Shown here piece by piece: positions 54,181 to 64,000 of a DNA stretch of 64,000 nt. Under the pieces are notes generated by a model, which made no database searches, was not told where the DNA came from, and saw only the letters and a list, made by a program, of their open reading frames with translations. The stretch comes from Lama guanicoe (taxonomy: Eukaryota). Location of the stretch: NCBI GenBank assembly GCA_013239625.1, contig MU053561.1:1407520-1471519 (forward strand), in the 5' to 3' direction. Both the position numbers and the translations under genes were made by a program. The stretch's first letter is position 1. Each line of letters starts with the position of its first letter.

Positions 54181-54542
54181 AGACGAAGATCTCAGAGACA
54201 TTTCTAAGGTAGACCTCCCAGGTATTAGTGCCTAAATGGATGGGCTGGGGTGAGGGAGAGAAGAAATTTCTACCTCTAAAGACCAATGTTTGGTCTCTAA
54301 TTGAAAGTGAGAAGTAGTTTGCATTGAAAAGAAACCGATATGAAATTTCTGCACATTTGAATTTGCACACCTGTGAGGCAACCAGATGAAAATTTCTGTT
54401 GCTTGTCAAAGGTTCAAAACGTAGCTGAAGTCAAAAAGCATACATGTTATTCCAGAAAAAGCATGTAGAACAAGAAAATTAGGCTAAACTTGGACCCAGA
54501 GAATAAATACTTCACTTATTCTAGAAAGGTCAGTACTGAACT

Positions 54543-55111
54543 TGTTACCCACGCTAGGCAGCCCAGGCCCCAGGTGCAGAAAATTTTTAATCATTCAGGG
54601 TAGTTTTTTTGTTATCAACAGGGTATCACTAACACCCATGACAAAACCAGACTGAACCCACTGTGACCTGAGCACAGGAATGTGCCTGCACAGACAAAAC
54701 CCGGAGGTGTCCAAAAGGTACCTTTGCTTTATTCCCATGCTAAGATCCCTGCCCAAATGGGGAACTGGTACTCCGCGAGGCACAACCTGTACTGTGTGCA
54801 AGGGAGCCTGACGGGCTGCGCATGCTCAGACTGTTCCCAGCCATCTCTGCCTTTTTCTCCGGTTCTGATGATGAACTCGCCTCTTATCCTTTAAAAGTCC
54901 CACCGTTTCCTCCCTTCCAGAAGCCGCTTTTAGAGCACGAACTCCCCTTTCTCCATTCTCTGGCCATGGAATAAAAGCCTGTCTTGCTTGCACCAAACCC
55001 AGTTTCATCAGCAGCCGCGCAAACCTGAGCAGGAAAGAACCCCTGCAGGAGCCAGAGGAGCTTCGCTTTAGCTAGGGCCCTAAGACGAGGCCCTCGTCTA
55101 ATTCGGTAACA
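54543..55111 (+). mobile_element. ERV1-class solo LTR, 569 bp, intact ends
   Basis: Inverted termini TGTTACC...GGTAACA; 4-bp TSD AACT (54539-54542, 55112-55115); TATA-like ctttaaaa near 54889; AATAAA at 54970-54975. Confidence 0.9.
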
Positions 55112-55118
55112 AACTCAC

Positions 55119-55440
55119 CTGGTTCTCAGCATGCAGTCTGCAGTCGCTGTTTTGGGAGGCCGCTTGCTCTGCGAGGGTAACAGTTCGTGCTCATGAACTC
55201 CATGAGGTCCCGGTGGCCCTGTAAATGACGTATTCATACACTGTCCATATCCGAGGAAGCGCCTATTCACACCTCCCGGTATCTCTTGGCAGTCAGGAGT
55301 GTATACGTGCAGGATAACTGGGACCTGGCTTCAGACGGACGGCCGCGCGCCGACGTCTCGCGCAAAGCACCACCCCCTCGAGCCCGCGGTAATAAAGGCG
55401 TCGTCTGCGGGCCGCCATCTTGGAAACGCCCGCTTTCCCG
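55119..55440 (-). other. Predicted first exon (probably 5' UTR) of an unidentified minus-strand gene
   Basis: Consensus donor CAG|GTGAGT (plus actcac 55113-55118); YY1 motif oriented as typically found just downstream of a TSS; exact start not determinable. Confidence 0.6.
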
Positions 55441-55620
55441 TGAGCCTTAGGCTCCCGGGTTCCCGGATATGCTGAGGCGCAGACCCTGGGCCGGCCCTGC
55501 GTGACGAGTGGCAGGTGATTTTGCTTTCCAAGATTTCTAAAAGCATTCAGCAGAGCCCGTGATGTAAGGAACTTTGACAATTAAGAGAAGTTAAAGCTCT
55601 ATTCCAGCCTGAGGTAAGGT
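55120..55620. promoter_or_regulatory. CpG-island promoter, probably bidirectional
   Basis: Only non-repeat CpG-dense segment in the window; YY1 consensus GCCGCCATCTTG at 55411-55422; TGACG half-CRE sites; splice donors pointing outward on both strands. Confidence 0.8.
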
Positions 55621-57679
55621 ATATCTTAATCTATCTTGCTATCGTTAAAAAGTGTTAAGTGCATGAGATTGGGACCAGGATTAAATAACTGTGGGCCGCA
55701 AGGCTGGTTGTTTGGAGGGCTTTGAAGTTTTTAGTACTCTTCCCCTCCACCTCACCCTGTATCTTCTCTAGCGTCGTGTCTAGAATCTCATTAAGAAATG
55801 TTCATGTAATTTTTTTTCTTACTAAAATTTAAGTATTCCAAGGATATACTAACATAGTGGTAATAAACAGTCACAGGATATTGGAGGCCAGTTAGTCCAG
55901 TGTTTTTTCCTTTATTTTCTTGCTTTTTTTTATTTTTTAACTTTACAACCTTTTATTTAAATTAAAGCTTACTATTAAAGTTCAGTGTGAATGAAGGAAA
56001 AAAGCAAAGCTGCTCTAGTGTGTAGCAGCCGCAAAGCAGAATAACTATGGGTCTGTGGAGTACAGTTTTTAAAACTGCTATTCTGCTCCAACACTTGATG
56101 TTAAAAGCTCTTTTGCATAACCTCCTTTCCACTAGTCTTGGGATTAATGTTGATTGTGCTTCCTAGTCCGAATTGAAAAAGGGTCCCACCAGACCTAAAC
56201 AGCAGACTTTGTTCCAATTTAAAACGTAGGAGCTGAGATTCCTTATTTAGTTCAATTCTCTCTCCCCTCTTCATTGCGTTTTTTTTTTTCCTTTTCTGTA
56301 CAAATCTGTTTCCTTCACTAGATTATATCTCTTAATTCCAATTTATTGATTTTGGTATTTTCCACACGTACTGCTTATAATACCACACATAATGCTTTTC
56401 ACAGCTTAGGTATTTCAAAAATGTTAAATAAATAGATTTTATGGAATTAAATGTAAGTCCACAGAAATTAAGCAATATTATCTGTTTGGTAAAATACAAG
56501 GGCAAGACTCAATTCTTGGCACACATTGGATGTCTAATAAATATATAATATATGAATGCATGATTGGATGAATGAACAAATGAACTAGGTGATAATATAT
56601 GTGAATGTACCTTGTAAACCGTAAACTACTTCACAAATATGTGTTCTTATACAGGTTATGTAGTTATATTCCAGCCCTCCCAATCTGTTGCACATTTACT
56701 GAATTTTGGCAAATTCAAGTAAAGCACAGGAGGAAATCTGTGGCATGTGCCTCAGGGGAAGCTGTGAAGGCAGTCAGAGAGAGATAAACCTAAGGGGGTG
56801 TCCGGAGCCCATGGGCCTGGAACAGAGGGCTCCCTGACTGCTAACAATCCAGTTCTCACCCTTGAATTTCCAATGATCAGCAGTAAGCAAACATGAATGT
56901 TTTAAGCAGCTCATAAATCTTCCTGGAGCCTGGGTGCTGAATAAGTCCTAGAAAAGTGGTAATGGTGGAAACAGGATCTCCTCTCTGGAAGTAGTTCCTT
57001 TCAGAGCCAGCTTTTGCCCCTGTTAGCTGCTAACACACATACCCCAGCTGCCTCAGTGAGGCTCATATTCCAATAAAACAGAGCAAATGGCAGAACAGGG
57101 ACCAGAAAGAACTTCTGTCATGTCCGAGTTTCCCAACTGAAGACCCCTCAGTGGGTGATGCCACCCCCTTTGAGGGGTTCCTTATTGGAGATCTGTCCCT
57201 TAGGTCTGGCAACCCAAAAGGATTTGAAAAGAACAGACTAGAGTTATTCAGTTTCTGCCCAGTAACCCAAAATGAAGAAGAGAAAAAACAACCCCACAGA
57301 GAAAGGTTATGATAAATTTGACTGTGGAATCTAATAACCTGAATTCACATGAAGCAGATTTCTTTTCATACATTTCGATGAGGGGGGAAAACACCCAATC
57401 TTGTTTAAAATATTTTCCTGGTTTGTGATTGTGTCTAGGAGGAGGTCAGTGAAGCTCAGAGTAGCATAAATCCAGAGGGTCACAATCTAAGCAGAGCTAG
57501 ACCTTCCCTCTGCTCCTGTTGCTGCTTCATGCACATAGTAGCTTTACATGTATTGTAATTATTTCTCTACATGCCTGACCAGGATGGAAGGGACTATATC
57601 TCATTTATCTTTTATTGGCTGATTGATAGCCACTGACATACAATAGGCATTCAATAAGGACATTTCCCAGTAAGTTTTT

Positions 57680-58628
57680 GTGGGCTTTTTTGTGTTTTTT
57701 CTCTTTTTTTATTGAATTACAGTTGATATAAACTATGAATTACAGGTGTACAATATAGTGATTCACAATTTTACAGGTTGCACTTTTATTTATAGTTATT
57801 GTAAAATATTGGCTATATTACCTGTTGTACAACATATCCTTGTAGCTTATTTTATACATAATAATTTGTACCTCTTAATCCCCTACTCCTATCTTCCTCT
57901 CCCCGCTGGTAACCACTAATTTGTTCTCTATATCTGTGAGTTGGTTCCTGTTTTGTTATATTCCACGTATAAGTGATAACATATTGTCTTTCTCTGACTT
58001 ATTTCACTTAGCCTAATACCATCCAGATCCATCCAGGTTGCTGCAAATGTGCAAATGGCAAAATTTAATTTTTCTTTATGACTGAGTAGTATTCCATTGT
58101 GTGTGTGTGTGTCTGTGTGTGTGTGTGTGTGTGTGTATACACATACACCACATCTTCTCTATCCATTCATCTGCTGATAGACACTTAGGTTGCTTCCATA
58201 TCTTGGCAGTTGTAAATAGTGCTGCTATGAACTTTGGGGTGCATGTTTTGTTTGAATTAGTGTTTTGGGTTTTTTGGATATATATCCAGGAGTGGAATTG
58301 CTGGATCATATGATAATTCTGTTTTTAGTTTTTTGGGAAACTTTCGTATTATTTTCTACAGTGGCTGCACCAGTTTACATCCCCACCAACAATGTTCAAG
58401 GGTTCTCTTTTATCCACCTCTAGGAGTTTTATGGTTTCAAGTCTAACATTTAGGTCTTTAATCCATTTTGAGTTTATTTTTGTATATGGTATTAGAGGAT
58501 GTTCTAACTTCATTCTTTTACATGTAGCTGTCCAGTTTTCCCTGCCACACTTTTTGAAGAGACTATCTTTTCTCCATTGTATATTCTTGCCTCCTTTGTC
58601 ATAGATTAATTTACCATAAATGTGTGGG
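57680..58628 (-). mobile_element. 5'-truncated, internally deleted L1 3' end with a (GT)n microsatellite (58098-58136)
   Basis: 14-bp TSD CCCAGTAA(G/A)TTTTT at 57666-57679 and 58629-58642 followed by AA; ORF2 sequence jumps near 58415. Confidence 0.9.
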
Positions 58629-60577
58629 CCCAGTAAATTTTTAATATTGATCCCATTGATTTATTTGGCAAAGTTTATTGCCAGAATGTAATTTTTTGCT
58701 CAGTACAGGTTTAAAGAACCTATGCATGCTATGGTTGTATCCAAAGTAGTATAAGATGAGAAATGTTGGTAGGTATGGTGGATCCAATACACCACAACGT
58801 TCAGTACTCCATGTTGAATTGATCCACCTTGAGGCAGAGCCTTCCCCTGGGCCGATCACCCCTGGGCTAAGGGATGAGGTCAGAGTTACAAATGTGGTCT
58901 GAAGTGGGAGTTAGGAGTACTTTCCAGAGAAGGATTGTAGAGAGCTCTTCAGACAATGCAAAATGTGTCACCTGTAGACCTCAAGTTTCTGTGTATATAT
59001 AGGTGCAGTTTAGGCCTGGAAGTTCATACAGTTTGCTTAGCTGAGATAGTATGTATGTGTGTAATACTGTTTATTGAATGCTTTACTAAATCTCAAAACT
59101 TAACTTCTTTTTTCTTTGTTTCTATGTTGTCTTATATCAACTTTCAATATAACCATTAGCAAATTGCATTCCAAACGTTTATTTAGAGATTAGTCTCCTC
59201 CATTAGACTGTGATCTCAAGAATTAATGCATCTTTGTCTTATCCTATACCTTTTGTTCCTGGCACAGTTCCTTGGAGATACAATAATAAATAAGACAGGA
59301 TCCTTTCCTCAAACTGCTTATAATCTAGTGGGAAGGCCAGATTAGTTAAAAAATAAAGTACAATCTAAGTGAATTAAAATAAATAGAAGCAAATGTAGTA
59401 GGATTTCAGAAAAGGAAAGTCAATTCAGACTTGTTCAGTCAAGGAAAGAGGTAGCCTTTAATCTGGGTTTGTAAGGAAGGGTAGGATTTCAGCAGACTTG
59501 GAGCCCTTTAAGTCTGCACCAGGATCCATTCATTTTAGCTAAGGAAACATGCTCTCCTGAGGAGTGTCCTGGCCTGCTCTGGTGGCTCCAGTATTGAGGC
59601 CGTGTTACCAGTAGGAGAAACTGCCTGTTCATTAAGGGTGAATTAAACCCAGCTACCTTTCCCTAAGCCCCCTGTTGAGAATCACCTTTATTTGCTGTTG
59701 CCTTTAAAGTGATCTTGTCAGGTTGTTTAGGCCTTTAACGTGACTGATCTTTACAGTTGTGTTTTTGGGCAGGAAATGGTCAGACCCCACCCTGAGCACT
59801 CTGTCTTTTTTAACAAAAAACAAAATCCATCATTCCAACAATGAATCTCTTTTCTCAGTTTAAAGGAACATTTAGAAACAGAAAATCCATCTAAGAAGGT
59901 AAAAAATACCCAGTTACTTGCAAAAAGTTGGCTTTACTAAAAATTAGTCATAAGGAAAACAACCCAATGTAACCTCAGTTCGATAAATTAATGGAAAGCA
60001 TTATATTTATGGATAAGAAAAATTGAGACTATAACCTGGTCTATGAAACTGAATTTAATTCTAGAAGCAAAAAGGAATTTTATGCTTTAAGACATGAATG
60101 TTCTTGATTGACAAGGAATATAGAAAGGATTGCTATAATTCTGTGAAGAAAACTAAATAGAAAGTTTTCATTAATGTGATTATGTCTTTATTGTAGCATT
60201 CTGGCTGAATGTAGCCTGGAAAGTAAGGTTACACGTTCATGAAAATAGACTTCTTGAAGGAACTGAGAATATAGTAAGTTATCTGAAAATTTAGCCCCGG
60301 TAGGAGCTGCCACTTACCTTCCTAGGAACTTTCTTAGGCTCTTAAATAAGTGGGTTATTCTTCCTTACCCCATGCCATCCTCAAGGGTATAAAGGAAAGA
60401 AGAAATAATCAAGCTGTAAGAAATATAAAACCTTTCCATGGAGGCACCACTAATTTAGGAAATCAAAATTGTCACATTTTAAGAAACTGAATAATAACAT
60501 CAGTATACATATCATGGTGCAAACTTTGAGTGAAATTGGCCTTCAGAAATTGTTTAATCTCTTTTTTTGCCCCTCAA

Positions 60578-61250
60578 TAGTATAGCCTCTAAGAAGCCTT
60601 AACTGCCTAAATACTTTGACTATTTTATTTCTACTGCCTTTGGGAAACAAAATGTGAATTTCACCTCAATTCATAAAAAAGTAAAAGAAGTAGATTTTGA
60701 TGCTACTATAAAAGTTGGCCCATTATATCCCAGTCTTATTGATTATATCATTCTATAATGTAATGAAAGAGCATTAAAATTAATGGAGTATGAATGCAAA
60801 ATAAGGTTGTTTGGGATTTTTTTTCCTATAGGAAGTTACATTGAATACTTTGGAAAGATTCAGTAAAGTCATAAAAACGTACTATGGGCAAGACAATGTA
60901 GAAGATGGAGGAATTTTTGTAAAAGCACAGGAGGCTTCTGAACTCAGATTACTTTAAGTGTCCTTAAATTCTCATTACATTTTATAGAAACTATAAATGG
61001 AAATGAGAGATGGTACTTTTGCCCAGAACTTTTCGACACAGAACTCATACTCCAGGATTCATATTCAAAGGAAAGATCTTGGCCTTGCATCAAAAGATTG
61101 ACATCTAAATAGTCATTCACATGTTTTAAATTATAATAAAATGCATAAGGTATGTGTATATCATTTTTTATGATTTCTCACTTTAACTGGCTTTTTTGGC
61201 CAACAGATTAACTACTGTCCCAAATGCATTGGATAAAGATGACTTTTAGT
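60578..61250 (+). mobile_element. Tigger/pogo-type DNA transposon fossil (Tigger15a-like, tentative)
   Basis: ttgaatactttggaaagattc, gggcaagacaatgtagaagatgg, atattcaaaggaaagatcttggccttgcatcaaaagattg and the 3' end ggataaagatgacttttagtg resemble my recollection of that consensus. Confidence 0.65.
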
Positions 61251-61760
61251 GAACTACTTTATGAAGCAGTTAATAAAGTTGGGGGTGCTCTTTTTTTCTT
61301 AAGGTAGTACAAACCAGACTTAGAAAGTATGTGAAAAAAAGGCTACTCAGAAGCAATACGGTATCTGTGCCTTAAGTTAAATGTGATAATAAAATTTTTT
61401 ACAACTTTTTCTGGTACAAAGAGTACTGAAATGAATGGATCATGTAATGCACGTCAATATTGCAACTGTCTTCTACTTAAGATAAAGACACCAATGCCCT
61501 TACCATTCCTCTACTTTTCCTCGCTCTCTTCTCTCCCTCATCTTCTGTCTTCTATGCCTTTCTTTCTTTTTAAAAAAATTCCTTCCCCCCATTTAGCTCA
61601 CCCTTCACCCAATATGCCTTTTCTTTTTCACTGAAAAGTTGTTAAAATTTACATTCTGATTTATAAATATTAAGTATTTGGTGTTTCACCTATAAAGCAA
61701 TTTTAAAAGTTGAAAATCAACTTTATTATGAGTATGTGACTAATGCTTCCTATAAACTGT

Positions 61761-61940
61761 AGGGTTGCCAGACATAGCAAATAAAATTACAGGATGTCCA
61801 ATTTGAATTTTAGATAAACAACAAATTTTTTTTAGTATAAGTGTGTTTCATGTAATACTTGGGACATAGTTACACTAAAGGAGTGTTGTTTATCTGCAAT
61901 TCAAATTTAGCTGGGTATCTTGTGATTTATTTGGTAAACT
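61761..61940. mobile_element. MER53-like palindromic hAT MITE
   Basis: Starts agggttgccaga, ends atttggtaaact; inverted arms aatttgaattttagataaacaac / gttgtttatctgcaattcaaatt. Confidence 0.85.
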
Positions 61941-62299
61941 GCCTACAAGGTCATGCCCTGTGCAAGGATTATATTTTCTCCATGGGTCTAATGCCATGAC
62001 CTCTGGACCATTCCAAGGAGAGTATTTCTGGATTCAATGTCAGATAATATTTTCTTAAACACCATCAGTTATTTAAATCCCAGTAAATTTTCTATTTAAA
62101 ATCAATCCAAGTAAACATTTTTTCAGGACTCAGCATTGTCATAGTCGTATTCTCTTTGGCCATTCTGGAATCATGTGATAGGTTTTATGACTCCTCATCT
62201 TAAAAATGAAAGAATTAGACTACTATGTTTTTCCACAAACACACTCTTTATGTATTTTACAAAAACAGTTTATTAAATACCTGTTAAATCATGTTTTAC

Positions 62300-63005
62300 A
62301 CATAATATTTAACAGCGATTCTTCTGCTGAAAACCCTTCTCTGGCTTCTGTTTCACTTAAGATAAAATACAAAATCCATTAAGTGGTCCACTAGGCTACA
62401 CATCCTTTCTCCCTTTTAGCTCTACCTGGTGGCATTGTTTTCATTTTGTTCATGTTCTTCAGACTGTTTGTGGAAACTCAGTCATTCTTCAGCACAGTTG
62501 AACAGATCGTTCCCTCAGCATCAGATTGTTCCCTCTGCCCAAGTTATCACCCTACCCCATTGCTACTCTACTTCTCTCTCTTAACTACACTAATTCCTAC
62601 TCATCCCTCATATCTCAGCCCCAAAGCTACTACCTCAAAGATCCTTTTCACGTCAACTCACATATATTTATTTATTCATTTGATTATTGGTATCTGTGCT
62701 CTCAAGCAGAGAGAATAGAAGCTTCATGAGGCCAAGAACCATGACTCCTTGGTTCTCTACCAAATGCCTACCTCACAGCATAGTGTCTTGTATATAGTAA
62801 ACATTATATAGATACTTGTTAAAGGAACAGATGAATGAATGAATAAAGAATGGTTACAAGATAAGAATGATACATTGTTTTTATCACCATTTTACAAATT
62901 AGGAAAACTGAGTTTTGGAGAAATTAAATAATTTGTTTACTTAGCTCATGAATGGGAGTCAGAATTGAAATTCACATCTGTCCATTATCTCTTTTTCCCT
63001 ATACT
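62300..63005 (-). mobile_element. L2 3' end (~62300-62850) followed by MIR (~62875-63005)
   Basis: L2 tail tgttaaaggaacagatgaatgaatgaat; MIR core ccattttacaaattaggaaaactgag. Confidence 0.6.
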
Positions 63006-63817
63006 GCTACTGTAAACTCCCTTCACGTTCTAACAACTTATGATTATTTGATCTATAATCTTCTTCATGAGACAATAGGTGGGGAAAATAATGGTATTAG
63101 TTGTTTTTCTTAGAACTTTTTTTCAGACATTAAATTATGTGTCTTGGAGGAGTTGCAGAGGGGTGGGAATGGCTTGTGGTTTGGAGAAAGGGAGGGGTAG
63201 ACTTTATGAGCCACACAGCCACCAGAGACAGCACCTGGAACAGAAGAGAGTTTTTGCCCACACACTGAGTATCTGGCTTCCAGATGGATCTTGGGCACAC
63301 ATTTGTTTTTGTAATTTTCCCCCTCCTCATCATCTCTTCATCCACCACCCTCCTTTCAGAGGAATTTAAGGAAGGGCTTTGTGCCTCCTTTTTCCTTCTT
63401 CAACCCCACCCTCTCTTTATTTTCCACAAACAGTGACCAGCAGTGACAGGCCTTTCGTGCACTTGGAATCATAGAGGAATCGAAATCCAACTGATTCACT
63501 CAGCACCATTCAGCCTAGACACCTGGTTGTTTCTGCAGCTTTGAGGTAGATAGAGCCTGATCTGTTTAGTTAGGACAGTAGTGGCTCAATTCATCTGCTC
63601 CAACCAACCAGAAGTTCTCTGTGTTGAACTGTGCTTATGTGTCCAGTGGTCTCTAGGTACTCCCTGGAGGATGCAGTGTTGACCAGTTCTGTTGTGATAG
63701 GCCAGAGGACTCCTGTCTTAATAACAAAAGCCACCCTCTAACTTAGGGAGCATGTCTCTAGACATTTTTTGGCCTTCTATTCAGCCATTTCAATAACTAG
63801 CAAAAGATTTCTAGATC

Positions 63818-64000
63818 TTTTTAATAGACTATTTTTAGAGCCGTTTTTGGTTCACAGCAATATTCAACAGAAGATAGAGAGATTTCAGATATACCTTGTG
63901 CCCCTACATATGTGGAACCTCCCCCACTATCAGCACCCCACAACCTTAGTGGTACACATTTGTTACAGCTGATGAACCATCATTACAGCATCACTGTCAA
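63818..64000 (-). mobile_element. L1MC-like 3' end running off the window
   Basis: tttttaatagactatttttagagccgtttttggttcacagcaa...tacacatttgttacagctgatgaacc. Confidence 0.75.

Noticed and set aside
55293..55580. 95-aa minus-strand ORF as a host CDS
   Set aside because: Listed start is not an AUG; only the last 41 codons follow an AUG and they end before the splice donor; no recognisable family
9806..58136. Microsatellites: (ATCA)n ~9808, (CA)n ~13186, (TG)n ~33565, degenerate CA-rich 52200-52470, (GT)n 58098
   Set aside because: Ordinary simple repeats; no repeat-spacer structure
60820..61156. Apparent exons (ttttcctatag acceptor, aag|gtatgt donor)
   Set aside because: Inside the Tigger-like fossil; the frames I translated hit stops; no recognisable host protein
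1..64000. tRNA, rRNA, snRNA, snoRNA, known miRNA, CRISPR arrays, processed pseudogenes of host genes
   Set aside because: None recognised by eye; a covariance-model search (Infernal/Rfam) is needed to exclude small RNAs

Overview
Mammalian genomic DNA, AT-rich and dominated by transposon fossils. A camelid origin is my inference from the L1 3' UTR style and from seeing no Alu, SINEC, BovB/Bov-tA or PRE-1; it is not verified. The main feature is a young, near full-length LINE-1 on the minus strand (26773-33348). It has an intact 300-aa ORF1, an intact 1265-aa ORF2 (EN, YADD RT and CCHC motifs all present), a CpG-rich 5' UTR and a perfect 13-bp TSD. Its ~400-nt inter-ORF spacer holds short AUG ORFs, a splice-acceptor-like tract and a 73-aa strong-Kozak ORF whose stop overlaps the start of ORF2; part of that peptide is also readable in an older L1 in this window. 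Other elements: truncated or nested L1s of several ages, two ERV1-type LTRs, MaLR LTRs, two hAT transposase fossils, a Tigger-like fossil, MITEs, MIR and L2. A CpG-island promoter at ~55.1-55.6 kb has a YY1 site and splice donors on both strands, with a solo LTR inserted 7 nt into the predicted minus-strand intron 1. I recognised no host protein-coding exon and could not name the host gene. Repeat subfamily names come from recognition by eye and need Dfam/RepeatMasker confirmation.
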